Shown: positions 9,695-19,889, counted from the first letter of the stretch. The stretch: 64,000 nucleotides of DNA from Candidatus Nitrospinota bacterium M3_3B_026 (GCA_051418015.1 JBPRGF010000029.1:1-64000), one strand, 5' to 3'. The notes: generated by a model from the letters alone, not told the origin. Translations and numbers: made by a program.

Positions 9695-10298
9695 CGATTT
9701 CTCTCACTTTGAATGATCGCTCGTCCTGCTCCACGATCGATGGGACGGCCCGCAAACCGAGTCTTTTGGCAAGCCGCTCCGTCAAGTAGTAGACGGGTTT
9801 TTTGAGCCGCGTGGTCAATTCCTCTATATGCCCGCCGGTTACGAGAACAATCGTTCTCATGTCCTCTGCGTGCTTCGACTTCATGAGCCACTCCACCTGC
9901 TCTTTATCCGAAGCGTTCAAAACGACCAGAACATTGGAGAGACTTATGTAATCGAGCGGGTTGTATGAAAAGCCGGCCGGGTAGACCACTCCTTCAGCCG
10001 CCGGGACGTCATAGTCAAGGATGTAGGCAGGGTTTACGATGAACTCCCTGTTGCGCTCGGCCTTCGGCAATGACGCGATATCCGGAGGCCTAAAGTTTTG
10101 TATGTTTTTGCGCAGTCTGTTTCTGAAAACCTTTTGCCAGTCAACGCGGTCGGCCTTCTTTTTGATCTCCTCCAGCGCGTCCGGCTCGACTATCTGGTAC
10201 GTCGCGCCGAAAGTTCCAAGTATTTCCCTGTTTTGTCCTGCCTCGGACATAATCGATACCATGAGAATCAGCGGGATAAACGTGATCATGGCGCGCAT
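9666..10298 (-). CDS. traW: Conjugal transfer pilus assembly protein TraW (start approximate)
   Basis: GATYQIVEPDALEEI, YNPLDY, LGLRAVPSIV. Confidence 0.88.
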   Translation of the reverse strand: MRAMITFIPLILMVSIMSEAGQNREILGTFGATYQIVEPDALEEIKKKADRVDWQKVFRNRLRKNIQNFRPPDIASLPKAERNREFIVNPAYILDYDVPAAEGVVYPAGFSYNPLDYISLSNVLVVLNASDKEQVEWLMKSKHAEDMRTIVLVTGGHIEELTTRLKKPVYYLTERLAKRLGLRAVPSIVEQDERSFKVREIDVEVKNSAD

Positions 10299-10360
10299 AA
10301 GCCATATTTGATATAATTGGCACATAGTGAAATATTTTCCATGAATATGAGATATGCCAT

Positions 10361-10609
10361 ATGAAAGAGACCACGGTTAAACTCGGTGACGCTGGGCGCC
10401 TGGTTATCCCGGCCAAGTACAGGAAGGAGTTGGGCGTTTCTGAAGGGGATCGGCTCGTCATCCGAATGATGGAAGGCCGACTCGAGATAATGACGCCTCA
10501 GCAGGCGGTGGAGATGGCCCGCGAGATAATCCGAAAATATATTCCGAAAGGGCGCAAGCTGTCCGAAGAGCTTATCAAAGAGCGCAGGAGGGAGGCCGCC
10601 CGTGAGTGA
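10361..10609 (+). CDS. AbrB/MazE-fold antitoxin (VapB-like)
   Basis: GRLVIPAKYRKELGVSEGD AbrB motif; overlaps the PIN gene. Confidence 0.88.
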   Translation: MKETTVKLGDAGRLVIPAKYRKELGVSEGDRLVIRMMEGRLEIMTPQQAVEMAREIIRKYIPKGRKLSEELIKERRREAARE

Positions 10610-10985
10610 ATGCGTACTGGACGCCTCCGCCTTGCTGGCCCTGTTAAATGGTGAAGCCGGGTCGGATAAGGTGGAGGAAATGATCCCTGACGCGACTGCG
10701 AGCACAGTAAATATCTCCGAGGTTGTTGCCAAGCTCATGGATAATGGCGCGCCGGAGGATGCGGCCCGTGAGGCCCTGTTAACGCTTGGTCTCGAAATAG
10801 TCGATTTCAACGAGGAGATGGCTTTCGAGGCTGGAAAGCTCAGGCCGGTTACGCGGAAACTGGGCCTATCCTTGGGTGACCGGGCATGTCTCGCCACGGC
10901 GAAAGTAATGAACCTTCCGGCCATAACGACCGACCGCGCATGGCTAAAGCTGAAAACAAAAATCAAAGTGCGATGCGTCAGGTAA
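10602..10985 (+). CDS. vapC: PIN-domain toxin VapC
   Basis: VLDASALLA, LSLGDRACLA, TTDRAW. Confidence 0.92.
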   Translation: MSECVLDASALLALLNGEAGSDKVEEMIPDATASTVNISEVVAKLMDNGAPEDAAREALLTLGLEIVDFNEEMAFEAGKLRPVTRKLGLSLGDRACLATAKVMNLPAITTDRAWLKLKTKIKVRCVR

Positions 10986-11224
10986 CCAAAGAGAAACATA
11001 CGATACCCCATGAGGTCGTCGGGTTGACGGTGAAGAAGGGGATGAGCCTTGTCCGCGCATGGAGAGAGTATTTGAAGATGACCCAGGAGGAGGTCGCCGA
11101 AAAAGCCGGGATTTCCCAGCCAGCCCTTGCGCAGATGGAGAAACCCGGCGCTCGCACCCGCAAAGCCACGCTGGAGAAGCTGGCGCGTGCCATGGACCTC
11201 GACATCGAACAGTTGCGGGCTTGA
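10973..11224 (+). CDS. XRE-family HTH protein (HigA-like)
   Basis: IPHEVV..LVRAWREYLKMTQEEVAEKAGISQPALAQME HTH; start approximate. Confidence 0.8.
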   Translation: MRQVTKEKHTIPHEVVGLTVKKGMSLVRAWREYLKMTQEEVAEKAGISQPALAQMEKPGARTRKATLEKLARAMDLDIEQLRA

Positions 11225-11232
11225 TATATTCA

Positions 11233-12288
11233 TTATCCCGCTCCGATAATCGCGTCGCGCAGCTCCTGCCGGACGCTGTCCCAGGGTTTCATCCCATCGA
11301 TCCACGAGGCGTCGCTGTTTAAATATCTGTCGAGGAACTCGGAGATATCGATATCCCTGGTATCGAGGGATTGGAACTCGGCTGAAGTAAATCCCCGGCA
11401 GTTGGGAGATAATGCTGAGCCCCAGTCGCCTGAAGATCCAAAACTTTTAAGTGTCGGCCTGCCCTCCTCGTGCAGGATACGACCAAGGCCCAGGGTTCCG
11501 AAACAGCAGTAGACCTCGCCACGTTGCACGCAGCCGATATACCGCCATGATTCCTTGCAGTAAAAACCCAGACCGTGACACTCGCCGAATCCCCGGGCGA
11601 CGTTCGTCCAGCCGTCGCCCTGTTGAACGGGATCGGGATCGCATTCCGTTGCCTGACTCTGGACGGCGCGCTCGCAACAATCGTTGTAGCTCGTACGGTA
11701 GCCGTCCATCCCACACTCGCCCGGCATCCCGTTGAGAACATACACTTCACCGCCGCAGCCATCGGCGGTCCGGGCGCCATCATCACGCAGGTAGTGCATA
11801 TCGGCCGGTGTGAGATTCACGTTGGCGGGATCGTCTATATCCACGCACAGATAAGAGCCTCCAAACGGGCATTCCCACTTGAAGGCGCAGCTTTCTGTTT
11901 TGTCAGGACATGAGTTCTCGCAATCGGCCATTGTGGGACTCTGGGTTCCATCCGTGGAGCACATGTATCTTGTAATGGGAAGCTCAACGCACAATCCCGC
12001 GCATTGCCCCTCGCATTGAACTATCGTGAAATATTTCGAGCCGTCATCCTGGCACTCGTACTCGTGTGTGTCATAAGGCGAGCAGGAGCCGTAGATTGTG
12101 CAGTCCTGGTCGGATACGCAACCTGCGCCGGTGGACGGGCAGTACTGGATTTTCAGGCACTGGGTGACCTCGCCCTGATGGTCGGCGTAACCATCGCCGT
12201 CGAAGTCGCCGCCGCACATATATTGCTCGGCATGGGCCGGAAGCGCGACAAGCAATACGGAGCAGAGCAGAAGGGCAGAAATTCTCAT
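11233..12288 (-). CDS. traN: TraN C-terminal-type protein (mating-pair stabilisation)
   Basis: Cys-rich; YCCF..LGRILHEEGR..CRGFTSAEFQSLD..IDISEF TraN C-terminal signature; has its own signal peptide. Confidence 0.88.
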   Translation of the reverse strand: MRISALLLCSVLLVALPAHAEQYMCGGDFDGDGYADHQGEVTQCLKIQYCPSTGAGCVSDQDCTIYGSCSPYDTHEYECQDDGSKYFTIVQCEGQCAGLCVELPITRYMCSTDGTQSPTMADCENSCPDKTESCAFKWECPFGGSYLCVDIDDPANVNLTPADMHYLRDDGARTADGCGGEVYVLNGMPGECGMDGYRTSYNDCCERAVQSQATECDPDPVQQGDGWTNVARGFGECHGLGFYCKESWRYIGCVQRGEVYCCFGTLGLGRILHEEGRPTLKSFGSSGDWGSALSPNCRGFTSAEFQSLDTRDIDISEFLDRYLNSDASWIDGMKPWDSVRQELRDAIIGAG

Positions 12289-13601
12289 TTCCTGACCCCG
12301 CTGGAGCAGATGACCGTCCTGGCCGCGCCTTCCAACAGCGCCATCGAGGTGAAGGCCGTGTTGAATTCGTTAAGGCAGGAGCAGTCGGCGAGGATATCCT
12401 CGCTGGCTTCGAGTGGACAAACGCCCTCGTCGCATTTTTTAAGTATGTAATCGACTTCCGTAACGTCGTACCGGAACAGAGCTGTGTGGCCGTCCCTGGA
12501 GGCCTGCGTGTCATTTAAGGATTTGCGAACCTTGCAGACCTCCACGCATTCCGGGAAAGAGCCGTAAGCCTCCGAAGGTTCTAAGGCGGTATTGTGTGAT
12601 CCATACTCATCCTGGTAGTAGAGGGTTACAGAGGAAAAGTCTACGTTGGCCGACAGGTTAGACGATATATTCTCCATCCTCGTCCGGCCGGTCTCGAAGT
12701 CGTTCGTCTGCGCCTTTATCGAATCCACACTACCCACGGAGGATTCGACGTTGATATATAGGTCTCCTGTCGCCTGATCGGTGGCGCTCTCGCAAGAGGC
12801 GTCAGCCATATTCCTCGCGGAGTAAACGGCATGACCAGCGGAGATATTCGATTCCGATATTGCTATATGGGGATTTGCTCCATGAATGGCGTCGATCATT
12901 CCGGCGCCAAGGTCACGCGTAATGCTGAGGAGGCGCTCGGATACGACGCCCGCGGCGCAGCTGTTGTTCACGCAATAACATTCCTTAAGCTCATTCTTTG
13001 ACAAAGGTTCGAGAGCGATTTGGCCGGAAGTGCCCGCGTTCCACCGATAGAAATTGCAGTTCGCCCATGTCCCGGCCTCACACGAGATCACGCCGTCGGC
13101 GCACACACCGGAGACTCGCTGAACGTCGAGATAGGATGAATGATCGATGGAACCGTCAAGGTCGGTGTCTTGTCTGAAGTGGATGTTGGAGATATCCCCT
13201 CCGCTCCCGGCCGGGCCAACCGTCACATCAAGGAAATTCGTTGTCGCCGGACACGGGATGGAGATTTCAACAGTCTCACCGCCTTGAACCGGTAACTCAT
13301 CGCCACCGATCATCGGGGAGATCAGGTTATCCCGCAGACCATCGAGAGTTCCAAAGCTCTCCAGCGCCCTGTAACCTGCTTCCTGACCCAATTTCTCTGA
13401 ATCGCCAGATTGAGCGTGAGCGGCTCCCAAAAAGCCCAGAATAAGAATCCCAACCATCAGAAGCGCAGTCGCTGACGGAATGCCGTGGACCCCGCGTGTG
13501 GGGCAATGAGATGGTTTCGTCTTTGCCATTAATGCCATCAATTCAGGCCGAGCTACATTCATGAATGGACAGGCTTGATCGATTGTGATATCGTATGACA
13601 T
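12285..13601 (-). CDS. TraN N-terminal-type exported Cys-rich protein (true start probably near 13457)
   Basis: VSGVCADGVISC..CYCVNNSC..CSCLNEF; 4-bp overlap with the traN C-terminal gene; signal peptide-like MVGILILGFLGAAHA. Confidence 0.7.
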   Translation of the reverse strand: MSYDITIDQACPFMNVARPELMALMAKTKPSHCPTRGVHGIPSATALLMVGILILGFLGAAHAQSGDSEKLGQEAGYRALESFGTLDGLRDNLISPMIGGDELPVQGGETVEISIPCPATTNFLDVTVGPAGSGGDISNIHFRQDTDLDGSIDHSSYLDVQRVSGVCADGVISCEAGTWANCNFYRWNAGTSGQIALEPLSKNELKECYCVNNSCAAGVVSERLLSITRDLGAGMIDAIHGANPHIAISESNISAGHAVYSARNMADASCESATDQATGDLYINVESSVGSVDSIKAQTNDFETGRTRMENISSNLSANVDFSSVTLYYQDEYGSHNTALEPSEAYGSFPECVEVCKVRKSLNDTQASRDGHTALFRYDVTEVDYILKKCDEGVCPLEASEDILADCSCLNEFNTAFTSMALLEGAARTVICSSGVRK

Positions 13602-13624
13602 ACTATGTATCGATGAGGTGGAAA

Positions 13625-13831
13625 ATGAGCGTAGTTACTGTATCGCCAAAGTTCCAAGTTGTTATTCCCCGGGAGGAGCGTGAGGCGATGGGGATTCGCC
13701 CAGGGGAAAAAGTGGAGATATTTCGATATGAAAATCGCCTTGAGTTCGTCCCCGTGCGTTCCCTTTCAAAACTTCGGGGTTTTTTAAAAGGAATCGACAC
13801 AGTGGTAGAAAGAGATAAGGACAGGGTGTGA
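13625..13831 (+). CDS. AbrB/MazE-fold antitoxin (VapB-like)
   Basis: VTVSPKFQVVIPRE..GIRPGEKV; GAGGTGG RBS. Confidence 0.88.
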   Translation: MSVVTVSPKFQVVIPREEREAMGIRPGEKVEIFRYENRLEFVPVRSLSKLRGFLKGIDTVVERDKDRV

Positions 13832-14241
13832 GCGCCGACTCTATGAATCTCGTCGACTCTTGCGGGTGGCTCGAGTATTACGCTGACGGCCCGGGGGCGG
13901 ATTTTTTCGCACCCGCCATCGAGAATGTAAAAAAACTTCTCGTTCCCTCCATCTGCGTTTTGGAAGTGTTCAAAAGAGTATACCTTCAGAAAGGCGAGGA
14001 CGCCGCGCTGATCGTGGTGGCCGCGATGCGTCAAGGGCACGTTGTCGACCTTGATGACACCATAGCGTTGAACGCGGCCAAGCTGGGAGCGGATATTAAG
14101 ATTCCTCTCGCCGACAGCGTTATTCTTGCCACGGCGCGTCAACATGACGCGGTTATCTGGACGTCGGACTCCGATTTTAAGGGAATCGAAGGCGTAAAAT
14201 TCCTGGAGAAAACGCCCAAAAAGCGCCGCACGAAAAATTGA
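13828..14241 (+). CDS. vapC: PIN-domain toxin VapC
   Basis: NLVDSCGWLEY, PLADSVILATA, WTSDSDF. Confidence 0.92.
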   Translation: MSADSMNLVDSCGWLEYYADGPGADFFAPAIENVKKLLVPSICVLEVFKRVYLQKGEDAALIVVAAMRQGHVVDLDDTIALNAAKLGADIKIPLADSVILATARQHDAVIWTSDSDFKGIEGVKFLEKTPKKRRTKN

Positions 14242-14258
14242 TCTAAAGAACACGCGTT

Positions 14259-16742
14259 TCATCGCTTGTTCCTCCTCACCATCGCGCCAATGGCCTCCTC
14301 GTAGGACATGCCGCCGTCGACAAGTGACTCTATTTCCGCGATCTCCTTCGCTTCGGATGTGTAGACATAGTAGGAGAATGGATCCACGATGAGCCGGGCG
14401 ACCCCCATACCGAACGGCGTGTCCATGAACATCTCGGAATACCTGGGCTTGACCGCACGCACGCTCTTTAACAGGCGCATGGTGAACTCGTCGGCGTCGA
14501 GGAGTTTAGCCATCTTTGCCTCCTCGAAGTCCACCGACTGCAGGTAGAACTTGAACGCGGAGTTGGATCGTATGACCCGCCCAACCGGGCCGAAGTCGCG
14601 CAGATCAAGAATCGACTGTGTGACGACGGTGAAGGAGCCGTTATATTTCCTTGCCCGGCGATATCCTTCCTCGATTACCTTCTTCAGGATTTCGCTCTCG
14701 CCACCAGAGAGGAACATGTGCGCCTCGTCGAAGATCACGAGCTTGGGTGTGCTGCGGTCTGAGAGATACATGTCCTGGGTAACGGCGTTGATGACCTGGA
14801 GCGTCACGACCCGGAAAAGCTCCTTGATAGGTTTCAAGTGCTCAAGCTCCAGGACGACAAAATCGTCCTTCGAGATGTCGAACGTCGCCGGGCCGTTGAA
14901 ATATTTTCCGTATAGCCCACCGGAGCCGAACTCTTTCAGGTTGTAGGCAAGCTCTCGGGCGGCCTTTGTTATGTCCTGCGTGTTTATGTCTGCGTGAAGG
15001 TTATCCTCGAGCTCATCAGCATGTTTCGGGAACGTGTTCAAGAACTCGCGCACGGCGTCGACGCCCGCGTCCTTGCCATACCTCCGCCATGCCCAGCGGA
15101 CGCCGTCTTTTAAAAGGGACATCTCGGTCTCAAGAGGCGTCTGCTTGTCTGACGCCGAGTACGCCATCTGTGCCATGATGGCGGTCACCACCGGCAGGTC
15201 GTACTCCTCATCGACGACGGTGGAGAAGGGGTTGAGGCGGATGTCCTCTTTTCCGGAGAACTCCAGGTATTGCGCGCCGTACATCTTCGTCATCTTCTTG
15301 TACGATCCTCCGATGTCGATGATCCAAACCTTCGCCCCGGCGGAATAGTAGTTCCCGGCGATGTAATTCACCAGGAACGATTTTCCGCCCCCTGAGCCAG
15401 CGGCGATGAAAAGGTTGTGGTTGATTGCGGCGGAGTCGAAGATGTCCATCCCGCAGACTTGGCCTTTGCGTCCGATGATTGTGAGGACAGGCCGCCCGCC
15501 GCCCGATATGTCAGCCTGGACTGGCAGAACAGCCGCGATAGTGTCCTGCGGCGTGATGAAGTCACGGTCTATGTCGTCGACATTACTGTCAACGTTGTAG
15601 AGGCCGAAGGGCAGCGCCGAGACGAACAGGATTGGTAGAATGCCGCGATCGGACTGAGTCTCGTACCCCTGCCCCTCCCAGATGCGGCGCGCGCGTTTGG
15701 CCGAGTCGTCGACTCTTCTGGCGTCATCGCCGTAAATCCACAGGATCGGTATTATCCTAAGAAACCTTTTGCCGGATTCCAGTGTATCCGTAGCCCAGAG
15801 GTACTCCTCCTGCTTGCGGGCGAGAGACGGCGCGAAGGAGCCCACCCCCTGCTGCATGAGAACGGCATTGCACTTGCGGTGCAGCGAGGCCCAAAGGTCT
15901 TCGAAGACTACGTTCAGCGTGTAGATGAAGGGCGAGCTTATCTGCTCCGCGTCTGAGATCATGCCCCATATCCCGCCGAAAAGCTGGTTCGTCTGGAGAA
16001 GGCTCACCTGTTTCGGGAACGCCTTCGGTGTGACGCACCTGAATGTTTTGCCCCCCGCCTCGATGGAATCGAAACCGATGTTTACATCGCTCTCCGAGCG
16101 TATGATCTGTTTGCGGATGGGGACATTCTCGTTCCACAGACTGCTGTTGCTCGATGTCTCCGCGTTGAAGATTCTCCTCATCCAGTCGAGCAATACCGGC
16201 GGCTCGACCGGGGTTGGAATCAGCCCCGCGCCGGTCAACGCCTCTTCAACACCTCCCCTGATCTCGTCCATGTTCAGGCCCTTGGTCTTTTCCACTGGTA
16301 TCTTTAGGGAAACGAACAGGCGAAAAATCCTGAACGGAGCGCCGAAGGAATTTTTCTTTGAGGAATCGAGAAGAAATTCGCAAAGCTCGTCGGTAGCGCG
16401 CCTGGCAAGTGGCAGATCACGCGATCGAGTGCTCTTGTGAGCGTCCAGGATATGCCTCAGGTCCGGATCGGCGAACAGCGTGAATTGCATAACAGCGCCT
16501 TCCGGGAACCCGATCCTGAAGAGCCCTTCCAACGCGGTCTGCGTCGGGTCGCCAGCGAAGCAAAGGGGGACGCATTCCCACATGTAGCCGACGGTGTTGT
16601 CGGTGTTGACGTAGACACGCGTCTCCGGGTCATATGCGATCCACGGCAGGTAGTCGGAGAATTTAACGCGGCGTGTTAACTTCTGGAGGTCGGCCAGCAT
16701 GGCGCCGCCTTTCTGGCCGGTTAAGAACCCAAGCGGACTCAT
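14259..16742 (-). CDS. traC: Type IV secretion ATPase TraC (VirB4-like); start approximate
   Basis: Walker A AGSGGGKS, IIDIGGSY, FDEAH, RRARKY, TQS. Confidence 0.95.
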   Translation of the reverse strand: MSPLGFLTGQKGGAMLADLQKLTRRVKFSDYLPWIAYDPETRVYVNTDNTVGYMWECVPLCFAGDPTQTALEGLFRIGFPEGAVMQFTLFADPDLRHILDAHKSTRSRDLPLARRATDELCEFLLDSSKKNSFGAPFRIFRLFVSLKIPVEKTKGLNMDEIRGGVEEALTGAGLIPTPVEPPVLLDWMRRIFNAETSSNSSLWNENVPIRKQIIRSESDVNIGFDSIEAGGKTFRCVTPKAFPKQVSLLQTNQLFGGIWGMISDAEQISSPFIYTLNVVFEDLWASLHRKCNAVLMQQGVGSFAPSLARKQEEYLWATDTLESGKRFLRIIPILWIYGDDARRVDDSAKRARRIWEGQGYETQSDRGILPILFVSALPFGLYNVDSNVDDIDRDFITPQDTIAAVLPVQADISGGGRPVLTIIGRKGQVCGMDIFDSAAINHNLFIAAGSGGGKSFLVNYIAGNYYSAGAKVWIIDIGGSYKKMTKMYGAQYLEFSGKEDIRLNPFSTVVDEEYDLPVVTAIMAQMAYSASDKQTPLETEMSLLKDGVRWAWRRYGKDAGVDAVREFLNTFPKHADELEDNLHADINTQDITKAARELAYNLKEFGSGGLYGKYFNGPATFDISKDDFVVLELEHLKPIKELFRVVTLQVINAVTQDMYLSDRSTPKLVIFDEAHMFLSGGESEILKKVIEEGYRRARKYNGSFTVVTQSILDLRDFGPVGRVIRSNSAFKFYLQSVDFEEAKMAKLLDADEFTMRLLKSVRAVKPRYSEMFMDTPFGMGVARLIVDPFSYYVYTSEAKEIAEIESLVDGGMSYEEAIGAMVRRNKR

Positions 16743-17263
16743 TCGTAGTCCTCCGTGGGCGTGGCCAGCTCGTCCAGAATCCACCTCGGCTCGTCGACGA
16801 AGAAGTATACGTAGCGGTACATGTAAAGCGCGTTGTCCGGCCCTTCGTAAGGTAGAAGCAGAACGCGAAGAACCTTTGGTGGGGCGACCATCGGCGTCAC
16901 CGGCTCGTCTATCAGGCGGGATAGCTTGCCGTACAGGGATTCGCGGTAGCTATCCTCGGGGCTATTGGGTGAGGCGGCTTTCTCTTGTTTGGATATAGCG
17001 TTCTCTATATCTTTCTTCTGCTCGGCCTCCTCACACTCGCAGTCGATCTCGCTCGGCCAGCAGTCGCAGGGCTCCGGCTCGGGTTTCTCCTTTTCCAGCT
17101 CGGCTCCTTCCACCGACTCGTCGTAGGCTTCGGTGATGCTCACGCATTTGCCGTTGAATGTCCTCGGGCACGAGAAATCCTCGTTGTAAGGGTTCACGAA
17201 CGTAGCGCAACTCGCCGCCGTCATGGCGAGCGCTATCACCGCAAAAAATCTCATCAGCCGCAC
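16739..17263 (-). CDS. traV: Conjugative lipoprotein TraV
   Basis: Lipobox AASC, FSCP..GKCVS, P..LRVLLLPY. Confidence 0.88.
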   Translation of the reverse strand: MRLMRFFAVIALAMTAASCATFVNPYNEDFSCPRTFNGKCVSITEAYDESVEGAELEKEKPEPEPCDCWPSEIDCECEEAEQKKDIENAISKQEKAASPNSPEDSYRESLYGKLSRLIDEPVTPMVAPPKVLRVLLLPYEGPDNALYMYRYVYFFVDEPRWILDELATPTEDYE

Positions 17264-18471
17264 CCTTCCTCCACGCCCACGCAGGCGTCCCTGATTTTCA
17301 AGTCAGCCCCTTCCTGGATGACGAGCGTCACCTGTTTTGTCGCGCCCACTTCGATCACCGGCATGGTCTGACGGGCAAGCTCTAAATAGAATTTTTGAAT
17401 CTCTTTGGCAGCCTGCCCAAGCCCGGAGCCGATGCCTATCTCGGCGAGCTTTTCGGTGTCATACATCTGCGTAGTTCCTAGGGCGGAGGTCGACGTCGTC
17501 GTGCCGCTTAACCGCAGAACGTCGCCCACACCACCGAAAAAGCCTGCGACCATCGATCTCGCTATAGTCGATCCCATCTTGGAGACGACACGTCCGCGAA
17601 GACCGATCTTGCCGTCCACGTCGACCACAAAACCTTTGACCTGCTGGTCGATCACTGACCCGCCGTTTTTCGATATGCAGGAAAGTGTATCCAGCCGGAG
17701 ATACGCCCGCTCGGCGGCCAGGTCGCCATAACCGCTGGCGATCACGAAACAGCCCTTGAGGTTGGCCTTGACGCGGTTTGGTAGCACAGCAGGCGCTTTC
17801 ACCCGCAACAGCGCGGGCATGGGGTTGCCCTTGGCGTTCTCAACCGTCGGCGCGTCCAGGCCGGATATTAAGCTCGCCTCCATAAAAGAAGGGGGAAGGT
17901 AGATCGTCTCCTCTTTTTTTTTATCCGCCGTCTTCTCGCCGGGTTTCTCCTTCGCCGCGGGAGCGCTGACGAACTCGATCCCTCCGACATACTCCGGCCC
18001 TTCCTGATCCTTCTTGAGCCTCGGAGGGGGTGGGGGAGGGAGAGGCCTGGACGGACCGAGGGGGCGTCCGCCCATGCGCTCTCCCCTCCCCACTGCGGTG
18101 GCTCCAGGTGGTTTCGGAAGTGGCTGGGGTGTGATGTTAGCGGGTATGGGTTCAGCGTCGGGCCGCTTCTCCATCTCCCGCTGGAAGGCTGTGAGCCGGT
18201 CGTTCATCCTCCGCTCGAACTCGGAAAGCCTGCGAGCGACACGCTCCGCTTCCTTTTTGCTTTCGAGATAGGCGGAGCGTTCGAGCTCCGTGGGCTTCAG
18301 GGATATGGACTTTTCCTTGGTTTTATGTGTTATGTCGTCTAATGGCGTTCCCCGAAGCTCATAGGCCAGAAGACCGAAAAGAATCACGATTCCCGCGATG
18401 AGGGAGACAGTAGCCCTGCGCTTTCTCTCCGGAGGAAGGCTTCGCCAATAAGCTTTCAGCTTTTCTTTCAT
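17254..18471 (-). CDS. traB: Conjugal transfer protein TraB (VirB10-like)
   Basis: TM, coiled coil, Pro-rich linker, GLDAP..GCFV..ERAYLR..DGKIGLRG..PVIEV. Confidence 0.93.
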   Translation of the reverse strand: MKEKLKAYWRSLPPERKRRATVSLIAGIVILFGLLAYELRGTPLDDITHKTKEKSISLKPTELERSAYLESKKEAERVARRLSEFERRMNDRLTAFQREMEKRPDAEPIPANITPQPLPKPPGATAVGRGERMGGRPLGPSRPLPPPPPPRLKKDQEGPEYVGGIEFVSAPAAKEKPGEKTADKKKEETIYLPPSFMEASLISGLDAPTVENAKGNPMPALLRVKAPAVLPNRVKANLKGCFVIASGYGDLAAERAYLRLDTLSCISKNGGSVIDQQVKGFVVDVDGKIGLRGRVVSKMGSTIARSMVAGFFGGVGDVLRLSGTTTSTSALGTTQMYDTEKLAEIGIGSGLGQAAKEIQKFYLELARQTMPVIEVGATKQVTLVIQEGADLKIRDACVGVEEGCG

Positions 18472-18474
18472 CGC

Positions 18475-19326
18475 CTATTCCTCCATCGATCTCTCGACGA
18501 TAAGCAACCTTGCCGTGTCACCATGGCTACCCAATCGAAGTTTGTCGAGCGTGATCCCCAGCGGTTTTTTGGTAATGGCGGGATGCAGGAAATCCTTTTC
18601 CGAGAGCTTCGCGGCGTCCTTCCCTTCGAGCGTGATTAAAAACTCCTTGCCGCGAAGGCCTTCGCCTTCCACCTCTATGATTCTTTTCAACCGCACATCG
18701 AGACTGTTGGCGGTGAAGACAGGCTCATCGACGCTTTTTACCAGGAAAGAGTCTGGGATATCGTCCGTATACATGCTTTTTATGAGATCGAGGACTTTCT
18801 TCTCGAAGGGAAGCGAGCCCATCAGCTCCAGATTCTCCTCGATTCGCTTTTCCGAGCCGGAGGAGAGCCGGATCGTTCGCGATGGAATACAAGCAGGCTG
18901 GGTTATCAACGTGTAGACATCCCCACCGCACACCACGAATAGCTCTGTCGGTGTCTTGCTGTAAACCTCCTTGCCGTCAGGCTCCTTCTTCACTAGGAAC
19001 TTCACGAAGGCGTTCCTGCCGTTGACCTTCACGTCCACGCCCTTCTCTTTGGAGAAGACTACGTCATGAATCTCAGAGGGGCAGACGACCCTGTTAACAT
19101 CCGTGGAGCTCAAGCGGACGTGTGTTGCTATCTCGGGGAGAACCTCTGTCACTTCGTTCACTGGCTCATCGTTAGCCTGCTGTGTCGATGGCGGTGGAAG
19201 CGTTCTTGTTGGTATTCTGGCAACTGAGGGATTCGGCTCTTTCTCCGGCATGGGACCGGGCTCGCCTGCAAACACATGCGATGAGGTAATAGCCAGGAAC
19301 ATCACAAACAAAAAGGTAGCTCGCAT
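18475..19326 (-). CDS. traK: Type-F secretin-like TraK
   Basis: LSSTDVNRVVC, VFSKEKG, PTELFV; position between traE and traB. Confidence 0.88.
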   Translation of the reverse strand: MRATFLFVMFLAITSSHVFAGEPGPMPEKEPNPSVARIPTRTLPPPSTQQANDEPVNEVTEVLPEIATHVRLSSTDVNRVVCPSEIHDVVFSKEKGVDVKVNGRNAFVKFLVKKEPDGKEVYSKTPTELFVVCGGDVYTLITQPACIPSRTIRLSSGSEKRIEENLELMGSLPFEKKVLDLIKSMYTDDIPDSFLVKSVDEPVFTANSLDVRLKRIIEVEGEGLRGKEFLITLEGKDAAKLSEKDFLHPAITKKPLGITLDKLRLGSHGDTARLLIVERSMEE

Positions 19327-19328
19327 CT

Positions 19329-19889
19329 TTACCCCTCCACTCCCTCGGTTATTTTCTCCAGCATGAACCGGCCGCTGGTGATCCTGTAGCGCAGGTAATA
19401 GACCCTCTGGGCGTCCAAAACCATCATGTCGTCTATGTACTGACGCAGGAGGCCGTTGACCTGGATGCGGCGCTCCTCCTCGTTCACCTTGATTCCGTTG
19501 AGGTAAAAGACAGAGCTTGTCCTCGCCGCATTGATCGACTCCGCCATATCGTAGAACTCGGCCTTGGTGTCGCCGTAAACCTCCGGCGCGTACAGAGTCA
19601 GAAGCTCCTCGAACTGACCCTTGGCGGTCTGCGGAGAATAGCTGAGCAGAAGGCCCATCACGTAGCGCGTGAACTCCTTTATGTACGTCTCGTCCACAGA
19701 GTCCCCGCTGACCTCGATCCTCTCCCTTATCACCGGAGGGACGATGATCGTCCGCTGGTTGTTGAACGCTTTTATAACCGCCACCGTGTTCGCCAGCGTC
19801 GCAAGGCCGATCACGACAACGACGAACTTGAGCAGCCGGTTCTCGGCGTATATGTTCGATGACTCCTGTAGAAACTTCGAAAGTCTCAT
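19329..19889 (-). CDS. traE: Conjugal transfer protein TraE
   Basis: MRLSKF..ENRLLKF TM..RTIIVPP; ATG overlaps the traL stop. Confidence 0.88.
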   Translation of the reverse strand: MRLSKFLQESSNIYAENRLLKFVVVVIGLATLANTVAVIKAFNNQRTIIVPPVIRERIEVSGDSVDETYIKEFTRYVMGLLLSYSPQTAKGQFEELLTLYAPEVYGDTKAEFYDMAESINAARTSSVFYLNGIKVNEEERRIQVNGLLRQYIDDMMVLDAQRVYYLRYRITSGRFMLEKITEGVEG

